A stretch of DNA of 64,000 nucleotides from Leucoraja ocellata (lineage: Eukaryota): NCBI GenBank assembly GCA_036785375.1, contig JAWMAR010000462.1, forward strand, positions 1,240,001-1,304,000, given 5' to 3'. The notes under the pieces were generated by a model. The model saw only the letters and a program-made list of their open reading frames with translations, was not told the DNA's origin and did not search any database. A program made the translations under genes and the position numbers. Shown here piece after piece: positions 51,874 to 64,000 of this stretch (position 1 is the first letter of the stretch; every line of letters starts with the position of its first letter).

Positions 51874-54383
51874 CTTGTATGCCTTTGAACAGTCTTTATT
51901 GAAAGTTGTGAGGAGCTTGTGAAATTCTTGATTTTGGTTCATAATCTGCAAGTTGGGCATTTCAGGCGCAATAATCATTTCCAGGTATCCGCCCCACATA
52001 ATAAGCAGTGAGTGGCAATTTGTTCTTGCTACAGGTAAAAGATTAAGGCCATGACATGCCTTGAGCCATGCAGCATCCCGTTTATTGCATCTCCATCTGC
52101 CTAAAGACTAAACATGCATGAACTCTTTCACAAGTGAACAAGACTTGTCTGCCACTTGAATATTGGCCAAATTTTACCAACTCGTTAACACTTTGTACTC
52201 ATTGTACTAACAAAAAGATTGATGAGACAGTGCAACCTGTAACCAGTTTAGATTTGCGAGTATAATTGGAGTATGACAAGGCAATGTTCTTATCATGACT
52301 ATTGAGGGATGGTCGTCGAACCAGGAGAATTGACCCAGTACTGATCAAGCTGCAGCTTAACATAGCCAATGTCCCAGACTCTTCCATCCCAAACCCTGAA
52401 TACATCCCATTCCACAGGCAGGGCAGACCCAGCCGCTGTGACAACTGTTGTATGCAGGCAGAAGGACACAGTCCTGGCAATTTTTGTCATTGACTCCAGA
52501 CCCAATGTGACATGGGTCAAGATAGCTGATTTACAACCATCATCCAAGGAAGCAGTAATCCCACTACATAACAGTGAAGCATTGAGAGCAGGGAGGGCAT
52601 AAACTGTAGACTGGGATTCAATGCCCAACAATAGTTGCACTGCTGAACATTAGCCATCTGACTATGATGTGTTGACTGAACCAAAAGGGAATATCTTTAA
52701 CCAATGTTGTGCACTGTTCTTGATTGTATTATTCAGAGTCACCATTACAAATCCTTGTAGAGCATGCTGAGGACATGGTCCATTGTGTTCTGTGACCTCA
52801 CCCTGCACTGGGTATATGTTCAGGACTGATCTGGCAGCACAAAAGGCAGTGTCCATGTGTGGCTGTGGGTCATCAAGTGCAGCAGAATTATGCTCCAACA
52901 TGATCTGTAACCTCATGGCCCAAAATGTTCTGGAACACCCCTCATCCTTATATCTTTGTTTTAAAAATATGATGGAGTGATTTAAACATTGATGAGTTAT
53001 TTGCACTGGGGAGGGCAGCTATTTTTTTTCTTTGACTTTTCAGCCTCAAGTTAATTCTGCACCTACTCTTTTCTTTCATTGCTATGTCTCCATGTTGCCT
53101 GCTGAGAATATGCTGGCTGAATTGACGATTATTCTTGAGCGGGATGGATAGATTTCAGGAAGCATTTGATTTGTGCCATATTATTTTGTGACTAACCAGT
53201 TATCTGAAATGGTTCATTATTTTCAGAGAGGCATGTGATTTTGGCAGGAATACTGTCCATATCATCACTCTTTCCTAGGATTAGTGGTGAGGTTTCCCCT
53301 TCCTCCCATTAAAGCTTTGTATAAACACAACATTCTGCAGAGTTTATCTCAATCTGGTGAAATAGATCTTTTTATTTACTATCTTCTTGGTCTGATGCCA
53401 ACTCAATATGGTGACTTCATCACCCCCATTGTACTTGAAAGCCTGAACGAGGAGGGTGCAGGTATGATTGGCAAGGAAACTCCATAATTAAGAATTATAG
53501 TTATAAAGAGAAATTTCAGATGGAGGTTTGTTTTCTATATAACAAAGGGGACTGAGGGTGATGTAATTAAGATGTATACAATGATGGATGGCTTAGGCAG
53601 GGTAAACACAAATGATGTACATCTCATAGTAGATGACAATAACAACGAACCATAAACTTAAGCTGATTAGTAGAAAACATTCTAGGGAAGTGTAAGAACA
53701 TTTTCTTCACTGAATGAGGAGCAGCTATGAATGGATGTGAGAGACAGATCCAAATAATAATATATAATCTGACAGGATTTGGGAAGTGGGGTTAGCTCTG
53801 TTATTTATGGGTCTGCGTGGACGTTATTGGTTCTGTTTCATTGTTTCCTACTGAAAACATACATTAATCCAATGCTGTTGTACAGCATAGATGAAGAAAT
53901 AATAACTCCCATGGCTGATGTGTCTAAAACGAGGGGTCACTGTCTTCAATTTGGGGTTAGCCATTCAGGACTGATAAGATACAATTTCATCAGCCAGCCT
54001 CATGATAGTGAATCTTTGAAATTGTCCAAGAAGACCTGGAGGCTCAGTCGCTAAGTGTAAGGAAGTTTTGAGATTAATATACGTTGTGTTATGTGTTTGA
54101 CTTTGAGTTTAGTTTATTGTCAGGTGAACGGAAGCACAGTGAAACGTTTTTGTTGCGTGTTAACCCGTCAGCAGAAAGACAATATATTGATTATAATTAA
54201 GCTATGATAAAGGGAATAACGTGTGCGTTTTCACACTTCTATACGTTTTGCCCGATGGGAGGAAGGATGGCCAGGGTGCGACTTGTCCAGGAATATGCTG
54301 GTGGCCTAATCACGAACTGCTGCTGACACTCATGCATACTCCACAGAGATTCACATACACCCATCTTTAAACACCGTTGGTTA

Positions 54384-54581
54384 TGCCCCATCTCCTACTT
54401 AGGCAAACCTGAACGGAAACCTCTGGGGACTTTGTGCCCCACCCAAGGTTTCCGTGCAGTTCCCGGAGGTTTTTGTCAGTCTCCCTACCTGCTTCCACTA
54501 CCTACAACCTCCTGCAACCTCCGGGTGGGGCGCAATGTCTCCAGAGGTTTCTGCTCATGTTTCCTAAGTGGGACAGGGACA
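54384..54581. mobile_element. PIF/Harbinger-like MITE (198 bp)
   Basis: TTA on both sides; inverted termini tgcccc..ctacttagg.aaacctga..ggaaacctctgg / ccagaggtttc..ctca.gtttcctaagtgggacagggaca. Confidence 0.75.
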
Positions 54582-56005
54582 TTACACGTTCATGTCCGCA
54601 GCTATACATCTGATACTAAACATATTATCCAACACTGAATCTAAAGTGAACGCCGCAGCCCCTTCCGTATCCGGAGAATGAAAGCAAAGTCCACGAAGAG
54701 ACCAGTCTGAAGGGCCCTGACTGCCTCGCTGAGTTATTCCAGCGCCTTGCGTTTTGCTTAACGTTGTAGCATCTGCAGTTCCTTGCGTCTCCAAGTATCG
54801 GATGTCAGCCGACCAGAGCCCGCTGTCCCCCGGAGCCACCCACGCCTTTAGCGCTTGGCCATCTCTTCACCACAGTGAAATACAGACCCGCAAAGATTAC
54901 GTAGTTGAATTATTCTATCGGCTCCTTGTCCAATGTTGGGAACAAGTGTAATGCGCGCAAATAACATAAGCCTGAGCCCAGATCACAACACCGACTGGAA
55001 AAGGTGCAAAATCCACGTATTGTGTCTAAACTAAAGAGAATTTTGATTTATCCCAAATGTTATCGATTCAAATTATAAATTGCTATCGGTATCATACAAT
55101 TGAAAATAGCTATACATTTAAGAGGTTTCTGGGTAGATACATGGATATGGAGGCGTATGGAACACGTGCAGGGAGATTAAATTAGTTAAAGTTTAGATAG
55201 ACACAAAATGTTGGTGTAACTCAGCAGGGCAGGTAGCATCTCTGGAGAGACGTTTCAGGTCAAGATCCTTCTAACTTGCATTATGCATGGCTTGGACATT
55301 GTGGGCTGAAAGGTATGTTCCTGTGCTGCACTGTTTTCTGCCCCATGTCTAGTTTACAAGTCACCTTGTTCAACGGAAATGAAGAACAACCTATGTTCGA
55401 ACCACATGTGGCCTGGCCCGCTGAGTTACTCCAACACTTTGTGTTCTACGCCTTTTTGTTCCACTTCCATTGTCTATTGTGTGAGGGAGCTAAATATATG
55501 TGTCTGGAAGCGTTTTAGGCCATCAATATTCCATATCTACCACCATCTAAAGAGCCGTATAATAGTACTTTCCAGTAAGATTTCTATCGCCATCCACCCT
55601 TTCACTGACTGCTTGCTAGCCTGTAGTTCCAGGGTCCTTTCGCTGCTGGACATTGAGGGGCAGAGTCCAGTGGCGACTCCCCTCAAACAAGGGAAGGGAT
55701 ATTTTATTTTGTTTATACGTTGCATTTTGAAATTAAAAAGTAGCATTGATGGCCTTTGCTCTTTTTCTTGCATTATTTCTGTCCAGAGTCGAACGAGTCG
55801 GCTTTATCTCAAATACCTGGAAGAAGCTCAAAATATCCACCTACGGATTCGCTAAACATCCGCGATGATTCTGATCCCCACTACCTGCAGATAGTGTCGG
55901 GGCCAGAGTCATTTAATATGTCCTGCCGCTAGACTCACAACTGGCTGGTCGGGTAATTGGCATATCCCCCGGTATCTCAATGTTGGGGTTAGGTGTTCGG
56001 TTTCG

Positions 56006-56030
56006 TTTAGTTTAGTTTAGTTTAGTTTAG
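56006..56030. repeat. (TTTAG)5, reverse-strand tail of a SINE fragment
   Basis: Followed by agatatagcgcagaaacaggcccttcggccc (reverse complement of a SINE/CR1 3' end). Confidence 0.7.
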
Positions 56031-56266
56031 AGATATAGCGCAGAAACAGGCCCTTCGGCCCAGCGAGTCCACACCAACCAGCGATCCCAGCTTGCCAATA
56101 CATTTGCAGATCCGTATTCATCATTTAAGAACGTTTTGGAAACTCGTCGCCGGGGGCTATGCCAATGGCGAGTCTAATGGCTGGATAGATGAACTGGTCC
56201 CGTCACCATCTGCATAGAGGACACGATGGATATAATCTCGAGTTCATGTAGCAAATATTTTCTTGG

Positions 56267-56945
56267 ATAGAAACATAGAAACATAGAAATTAGGTGCAGG
56301 AGTAGGCCATTCGGCCCTTCGAGCCTGCACCGCCATTCAATATGATCATGGCTGATCATCCAACTCAGTATCCCATACCTGCCTTCTCTCCATACCCCCT
56401 GATCCCCTTAGCCACAAGGGCCACATCTAACTCCCTCTTAAATATAGCCAATGAACTGGCCTCAACTACCCTCTGTGGCAGAGAGTTCCAGAGATTCACC
56501 ACTCTCTGTGTGAAAAAAGTTCTTCTCATCTCGGTTTTAAAGGATTTCCCCCTTATCCTTAAGCTGTGACCCCTTGTCCTGGACTTCCCTAACATCGGGA
56601 ACAATCTTCCTGCATCTAGCCTGTCCAACCCCTTAAGAATTTTGTAAGTTTCTATAAGATCCCCTCTCAATCTCATAAATTCTAGAGAGTATAAACCAAG
56701 TCTGTCCAGTCTTTCTTCATAAGACAGTCCTGACATCCCAGGAATCAGTCTGGTGAACCGTCTCTGCATTCCCTCTATGGCAATAATGTCCTTCCTCAGA
56801 TTTGGAGACCAAAACTGTACGCAATACTCCAGGTGTGGTCACACCAAGACCCTGTACAACTGCAGTAGAACCTCTCTGCTCCTATACTCAAATCATTTTG
56901 CAATGAAAGCTAACATACCATTCGTTTTCTTTACTGCCTGCTGCA
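56267..56945 (-). mobile_element. Young 5'-truncated CR1 LINE
   Basis: ORF 56365..56769(-): QRRFTRLIPGMSGLSYEERLDRLGLYSLE...FFTQRVVNLWNSLP; (tttctatg)n tail. Confidence 0.92.
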
Positions 56946-57834
56946 ACCTTTCCCCTTCCAAAAGCATTTTTGATTTTCAGTGGTTTGGTTAAGGCTATTT
57001 TAACGTAAACCGATATGATTGTTCTAAATTAAATAAGTGAACAATATTCAGGGTAAATGAAGCGTGTTAAGTACTGGCCAGGCCTGCTCTCCCCATACGT
57101 AGGGCAGTGGGAAATGAGTGAGATCCTTGTGATTGAAACGTGATTGGAATGCAGATGTGGGAATCTTCATTAACAATAACAAGCCAGAGGGGTCCCAGCA
57201 CCAAACGTCGTCTGTCCATTCCCTCCTCAGATGTTGCCTGACCCGCTGAGTTCCTCCGGCTATAGATGTTGGATCTTCAGCACAACACAGATTGCTGGAA
57301 GAACTCAGTGGGCCAGTCAGCATCTGTGGAGGGAATAGACAGACGACGTTTCCGGTTGGAACCTTTCGCCAGATTGACCCACTGAGTTCCTCCAGCACTT
57401 TGTTTTTTGCTCAATACTCCAGCATCTGCAGTTTCTTGTGTCTCCTCCAGAAGATATTTTTTTCCCCACCGTATTTTCAACGCATTTCGTCACCACTCGC
57501 GCTTGCTGTACATTTGTCGACAACCTAAGGTGTGTGTTTTTTTTGTAGCGGTGGGTTTTAAATTATCATTAATGTTAGCTCAAAACCTAGCTTGCGTGGA
57601 ATGGAATTTTAAGGAGTCCTGCATTAATAATTGAGGAAACTTTACGATCTATTTCCATGCTCGCATTGAAATGAATGACATGGTCGCGATAAATGGATCC
57701 GTTCCTCTGCTGTCTTTGTGAATTAAAACAACAACATCAAGCTGGGAGTTTAACGCTGCCTGGTCTGATATTCGATGACATTGTAGGAAACTAGAGAGGA
57801 AAGTCCAGGTTGAAATTTACGAGTGGTCCTTAAA

Positions 57835-58372
57835 TAGAGGAGAGGTGTTGGAAGACTGGAGGGTGGCAAATGTACTTCTTTTCAAGAAGGGCGACAAGGA
57901 CAATGTTGGGAACTACAGGCCAGTGAGGTTAACATCTGTAGTTGGAAAGTTACTAGAGAGTATTCTGGGGGGGTAGATACATGCATTTGGATGGACAAGG
58001 ACTGATTAGGGATAGTCAGCATGGTTTTGTACGTGGGAGGTCGTGACTCACAAATCTGACTTTTTTTGGAAGACCAAAAAGGTTGATAAAAGCAGAGCTG
58101 TAGATGTTGTGTACATGGACTTCAGTAAGGCGTTCGACAAGGTTCTGCATGGTAGGCTGCTCTGGAAGTTTAGATCGCATGGGATCCAAGGAGAGATAGC
58201 TGAATGGATAGTAAATTGGCTCCATGGGAGGAAGCAGAGGGTAATGGTGGAATGGTGCTTCTTAGACTGGATGCCTGTGACTAGGGTGTGCCTCATGGTT
58301 CGGTGCTGGGCCCGTTACTGTTTGTCATCTACATCAATTATGTGGATGAGAACATACAGGGAAAGATTAGCA
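57835..58372 (+). mobile_element. CR1 RT core fragment
   Basis: EDWRVANV, GNYRPV, QHGF, AVDVVYMDFSKAFDKVLHGRLLWK, with frameshifts. Confidence 0.85.
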
Positions 58373-58670
58373 ATTTTTGGGTGGAATATTGCGGGAATAA
58401 CGACGTTTAGAGCTACATTGCTTTGATAATCTGCTGGGATAACTCGCATTGACGTCGGCATAGAAACAAGGAACATGAGATACTAGATTACAGGTTAACA
58501 GTGCTTCACTTTATGGCATGTGAGGCTGGAGCTGCAGGTGTTGGCCTGACTTCACAGCTCCTTAAACACATCGCTCTAGTGTGCGAAGCCACACATTTGT
58601 TGTCATACCTGTACCACGGTCCCGACAACGTTTAAACCCAATTGCCTTTCAATATATTTAATTTGCAAAT

Positions 58671-59214
58671 TAGTATTGTGTGCAGTTTTGGTCCGCGAAT
58701 TTGAGGAAGGACATTATTGCTATTGAGGGAGTGCAGCGTAGGTTTACAAGGTTAATTCCCAGGATGGCGGGACTGTCATATGCTGAGAGAATGGAGGGGC
58801 TGGGCTTGTATACTCTGGTGTTTAGAAGGATGAGAGGATTGAAACATATAAGATTATTAAGGGTTTGGACACGAGAGGCAGGAAACATGTTCCCGATGTT
58901 GGGGGAGTCCAGAACCAGGGGGCCACTGTGTAAGAATAAGGGGTAAGCCATTTAAAACGGAGATGAGAAAACACTTTTTTACACAGAGAGTTGTGAGTCT
59001 GTGGAATTCTCTGCCTCAGAGGGCGGTGGAGGCAGGTTCTCTAGATAATTTCAAGAGAGAGCTAGATAGGGCTCTTAAAGATAGCGGAGTCAGGAGGTAT
59101 GGGGAGAAGGCAGGAACAGGGTACTGATTGGGGATGATCAGCCATGATCACATTGAATGGCGGTGCTGGCTCGAAGGGCCGAATGGCCTACTCCTGCACC
59201 TATTGTCTATTGTT
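58671..59214 (+). mobile_element. 5'-truncated CR1 LINE
   Basis: Near-identical to 26039..26590; ctattgtctattgt tail. Confidence 0.9.
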
Positions 59215-60047
59215 ACTGGTTACCTTAATGTCAAATGTATTAATGTTTCTATGAAAGGAAGTTAAATGGTTGACCACATAACAGGACTGGCTGGCCTTCA
59301 CTGACACTCTCGCAATAAACAGATGGTCCCTCGAATATATGTCGCTTGGTTCAGTAGTAACACCCTCGCCCCACCCCCCTCACAAATGTATGGAAAGACT
59401 ATATTTAAAGTGAGGGGATTTTTGCATCGCTTTAAAAGCATGTTTGCACTTCGCATTTAAACGAAAAATGGCCAATATTTTAAGAATACTTGCCATTTAA
59501 ATATGTCGATGGCAGTAGGAAGATAGAAATATAAGACAGAGGAATTGGTAATTCTGGACTCCGGCCTCTTCCCCCTCACAACCTGTTTGTCTACCTTTAA
59601 CTATACATTTGATGATGTGTCTAACGAGCATTATTTCAGCGTCCATCCTACAGGGGAATAAAAACTAACAACAAACAAGTGATGACACAATGTGCTGAAG
59701 TAACTCAGCGAGTTGGGCAGCATTGGTGGACACGTGACGCTTCGGGTCGCGACCCTTTTTGAGATTGATTGCCTGAATAAGGCGGAGACGGTAACAGGGT
59801 GTACCAACGAACGCCATTTGTTTCAACTGAACCAGCATCTGAAACCCGAGGGCACTTAGTTAGTCTATGTACATACACAGTGCGAACACATTCATGTCCC
59901 AACATAACATTTGTCGTGGTCAGGTTGCTTACCGTCCCGTTCTGAGAAAAGTGTCGAACACTATTAATCCCACCCACCCAGCTACTGATCGACCAGCTGA
60001 GTATTTGATGAACTCAGGTCTTTAGTTCCAATGTGCATTTGTCTTTA

Positions 60048-60195
60048 TGCCCCTGACCCACTTAGGAAACCTGAACGGAAACCTCTGGAGACTTTGTGCC
60101 CCGCCCAAGGTTTCCGTGCGGTTCCCGGAGGTTTTTGTCAGTCTCCCTACCTGCTTCCACTACCTACAACCTCCGGCAACCACCTGCAACCTCCG
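60048..60195. mobile_element. Truncated copy of the Harbinger-like MITE
   Basis: tta|tgcccctgacccacttaggaaacctgaacggaaacctctgg..., aligns with 54384..54522. Confidence 0.75.
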
Positions 60196-60416
60196 ATGCG
60201 CACCGAGACATCTTCTCAGTTGCCAGTACTTTATAAACTCCCGTTATTGCTCTTGAATAATCAAAAATGTTTTGTAAAGAAAAGACAATTTAATCTCTAC
60301 CTTAGAATTTCCCTGCGAAAACAGGTGTTTAAACCATTGTTTGGTTGAAGCGGGTCAAATATATTTGCGAGCTGTGTTAAATATTGTCATCTCCGCGTCT
60401 GTGCATTTATGTGTAT

Positions 60417-60509
60417 AAGAAGGAACTGCAGATGCTGGAAAATCGAAGGTACACAAAAATGCTGGAGAAACTCAGCGGGTGGGTAGTTTCTCCAGCATTT
60501 TTGTGTACC
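60417..60509. mobile_element. Penelope-like fold-back insertion with 16 bp TSD
   Basis: TSD gtg(c/t)atttatgtgtat at 60401 and 60510; perfect 25 bp arms 60448..60472 and 60485..60509. Confidence 0.8.
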
Positions 60510-62044
60510 GTGTATTTATGTGTATCTCGGTATATGTTTCTATATACTATTTTTGTTTATAAATATCACAAATCGCTAGAGTAACTCAGCACTTTGTGTT
60601 TGCTCAAGATTCCAGAGGTATCTTGTATCTCAGTGTAAATATCTGTACCCCTTCAGTGCCGCGAGGAGAGAGTTATTACACGGATGCAGATACCAATATC
60701 CAAGGATAAAAATGTGAATTATATGTCTTTAATAATCAAGTCTTCAACCTATCGTTGAGGAGGATAATTTCATGAGTGGAACGGCGTTGTGTTGGAATAA
60801 AGACAACGCGAAAGGAGGCTGTCTCTCTGCACCGTCCCATTGTGTAAAAAACACATCGACACGTGCCTGGCTATGTATTTGGCGACACGGGTGAACACAC
60901 CAGTCACTGCGACCCCCCTTCCTGTCAGCCCGAGGAGAGGACAATTTGCAGCGGCATTTGTTATGCTAAAGAGTGAACCTCCCAGAGGCGATTTGCGGGG
61001 TCAGCTGATCATAGGAATCCACTATTCGTTCTCGCACAGACACCAGTAGCTTCGGCTGCGACTCGCTGCCGCGGTTACCCAGGAGGGATTATACACTCGA
61101 ACCCGCCACTTCTCCCAGTCATACACTTAAGACATTATTTATGAAGAAAATTTCCGTCGAAACTCGAAATAAAATGCTGCTGGAGCACCCTGGACCCACA
61201 AGCTGCACGAAATCCACAGATCGCCCACGTTTAAACGGCAGTGCAGGTAAGCGATATTCCAAATTGCTATCTCAGCTTGAATTTAATGATATTAAAATGT
61301 GCATTTCAGACAGCGGCTAAATTACACGGCTCCCTCTGTGAAATTAAAAAAAAAAGAGAACAGGGTCCTCCTTTCCACCGCACACACCTTCACATAAACC
61401 CGCGCACCCCTTTCTCAAGACGACAAATAATTCGGCGGTTGCTTCGTTTGAGCCGCCGGCTCCAACTGCCCTGGGCTAAAACAACAAAACACGCCCCGAT
61501 ATTTCAGTCAAAAGTTTAAGATATTCAAAACAAGGTGAACAAGGAAGCATTTTAAATGCGTTTGCAACAGTTTGACAGTCTTGCATGCAACGTCCGAATC
61601 CCATTATGATTTAACAAGCCAATATTAAAACCTTCTGCTGTCCCAGTTAATACTTATAATGAATGTATAACGAATAATGTAATGTGAGAGGCTATTTAAT
61701 ATGCTGCACATTTTGTACGAATCAACACTCGGGCTGTTTTCGAACGACATTCTTAAGGTCTTGAAGCAATGAGTGGATTGTATTAACCATTTTATTTTTG
61801 AAAGATAAATTGTAACTTTAACCACCCTCTGCTCGCTGGCAAGCGGTACACGTTATGAATATGCAATGAGGCTCATTGTTAGGAAATTCTATCAACAGAT
61901 GTAGAGCGCGTGTCTGGTCTGGCCTGTCAATACTGGGGCATCATTCATTGTTCGCCGTTGGGAGAGACAGCGTATTATCAGAGTAGTATTATTCTGTAAC
62001 CTCGAACAGCACGCCTCACCAGTTTCGTGCCACCCCACCACCGC

Positions 62045-62089
62045 CCTCCTCCTCCTCCTCCTCCTCCTCCTCCTCCTCCTCCTCCTCCT
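62045..62089. repeat. (CCT)15 microsatellite
   Basis: Direct reading. Confidence 0.95.
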
Positions 62090-62393
62090 CACTCCAACCC
62101 CACTGCTTCTACCCCGAAACCCATGGGTGTGAATGGAGTTGAAGTGAGTGTATCCCAGCCCCTGTCAGGTGAGGTTTCGATGCCACAGATATCTGCTGGT
62201 GTGCAGAGTTTCCACAGACGCTACAGCCCGTCCCATTCAATTATAACCCGCATGTGTTGCGCGTGTGTGGGAGGAGTGGGTCGGCTGGGAATGGGCGTGA
62301 GGTGTAATTAGGACTTTAGAGCGTGTTCCCAAATTCTCTCCTGACTTGTCCCAGTGAAGACCCGAGGGAGAGGCCCGTGTCCGGGAATATGAT

Positions 62394-62548
62394 GTTTAAG
62401 AAGGAACTGCAGATGCTGGAAAATCGAAGGTAGACAAAAGTGCTGGAGAAACTCAGCGGGTGAGGCAGCATCTATGGAGTGAAGGAAATAGGCAACGGAA
62501 CGTTGATGCTGCCTCACCCGCTGAGTTTCTCCAGCACTTTTGTCTACC
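62394..62548. mobile_element. Penelope-like fold-back insertion with 14 bp TSD
   Basis: TSD tccgggaatatgat at 62380 and 62549; perfect 44 bp arms 62429..62472 and 62505..62548. Confidence 0.85.
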
Positions 62549-63276
62549 TCCGGGAATATGATTTTTTTTTGTGTGGGTAGTGGGCGGCAGCGGTCATTGG
62601 TGTTCAATGTGGAACTCAAGTTGAGGAGAAATAAAATAGGGTCGTTTTCAGAAATTGCTCGATCGGCAATTATACCCTATCCGCAGGCAGACGGTATCGT
62701 CTGCACCGCCTTCGCCCTGTTTAATCGCACGGTTCCTAACATTATGTAAACGTTTTTTATAGGTAACCCAGACCACCGATTTAAAAAAAAATGTTGAGTC
62801 TGTAACTTCTCTCCCGGTCCCTTACAGCCTTTATTTTTACATTGCGTCTCCTTCACCGTTCTCCTCGCTGCAGTATTATTTATTTAGGAGGAAGTTGTCG
62901 CTGGTATTCTGAGACACTAAGGAACTGCAGATGCCTGTTTACAAAATAGAAACACACACAAAGTGCTGGAATAACTAACTCAGCAGAACAGGCAGCATCT
63001 GAGGACATGGATAGGCGACGTTTTGAATCTGAGGAAGGGTCGTGTCCAAAAACGTGGCCGATGCATGTCTCGACCGACCGAGTTACTCCAGCACTCTGAG
63101 CATAGAACATAGATCAGAAATAGGCCCTTCAGCCCATGATGTGAATTTAGATTGCTTGATATTTAGTCATTTGCACAACCAGTAGAATATGTGGTGTGTA
63201 TATGGGTGAGAATTACAGAACGATACTGTGACGATTCTTACACTTAGCAGTCCAAACCAACGTTTAAAACGGTGGT

Positions 63277-63365
63277 ACACAAAAATGCTGGAGAAACTCA
63301 GCGGGTGCAGCAGCATCTATGGAGCGAAGGGAATAGGCAACTTTTCGGGCCCTTCTTCAGGCTGA
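63277..63365 (-). mobile_element. Penelope-like terminal insertion with 14 bp TSD
   Basis: tttaaaa(c/a)ggtggt at 63263 and 63366. Confidence 0.7.
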
Positions 63366-63926
63366 TTTAAAAAGGTGGTGTGGCTGATTATTCTTGGTGA
63401 GATTCAAACAGTACCGAGGGAACAATATACTCTCGTTATCATGAAAAAATAATTTCATCCTTTCACTGGTCAGATTTTCGTGCTTCTGATTTGGGCGATT
63501 TGAAATTATATCCAATGTTATAACTTAAAAAAAAAATAAAGTGCGAGTTTTGATGCGTTCTGCACCCAGGATAAGATGCAACAATCTTGTCTATGAAATG
63601 GCCCATTCTGGAATTTGGAATTTGTCTCGGCTCCAAACGAGTTACCGGGGTTCAAAGTCAGACGGTAAACGAACCGAGCCGTTTGTCCTGTTAGAACACG
63701 AAGATAAAGGCAGAACATGCTGGAGATTTTCAGCAGTTCGGGCAGCAACCGGAGAAAAGTTGGTGTTGTAGCCGGTGACATTCCGTTAAGGGGTTTGACA
63801 ATATTCTCCCCATGGACGCTGACTGGGGTTTTTTTGTGGAATTTGTTTTATTTTTGGATTTTCATTATCTGTAGTTTTATTTTTGCTTTATCCTCCCATT
63901 ATCTTTATAGCACAGTTGCGCCGGTC

Positions 63927-64000
63927 TGTGCGTGTGCGTGTGTGTGTGTGCGTGTGTGTGTGTGTGTGCGTGTGTGTGTGTGTGCGTGCGTGTGTGTGTG
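63927..64000. repeat. (TG)n microsatellite with CG interruptions
   Basis: Direct reading; runs off the window end. Confidence 0.95.

Noticed and set aside
52199-53006. Cluster of 60-115 aa ORFs suggesting a small gene
   Set aside because: No recognisable domain or consistent splice structure; more likely a decayed repeat that I cannot classify
61892-62311. Poly-Arg and poly-Pro ORFs
   Set aside because: Translations of the (CCT)15 microsatellite

Overview
Vertebrate genomic DNA; the repeat landscape suggests a cartilaginous fish, probably a skate or ray (inference). The window contains one complete 12-exon gene on the + strand, QSOX2 (sulfhydryl oxidase 2). Its CDS runs 10577..48648, all introns are GT-AG, and the spliced frame is 2055 nt / 684 aa with WCGHC, CRDC and CPVC redox motifs and a C-terminal TM helix. 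Upstream lies the last coding exon (3398..3577) of a CEP350-like gene, most likely CCDC187 by synteny. Downstream of about 54.8 kb is a CpG-rich non-coding domain where LHX3 regulatory DNA is expected, although no LHX3 exon is visible. Introns and intergenic DNA carry CR1, Rex1/Babar, Vingi-like, Tc1, Harbinger-like and V-SINE remnants. The most striking non-genic signal is a very abundant family of short Penelope-like terminal-repeat insertions. These carry a minimal hammerhead ribozyme core (CTGAAGA-stem-GAAACGTC), and several are fold-back hairpins flanked by 14-16 bp target-site duplications. Repeat boundaries are approximate unless a TSD or TIR is quoted; family assignments are from recognition, not database searches.
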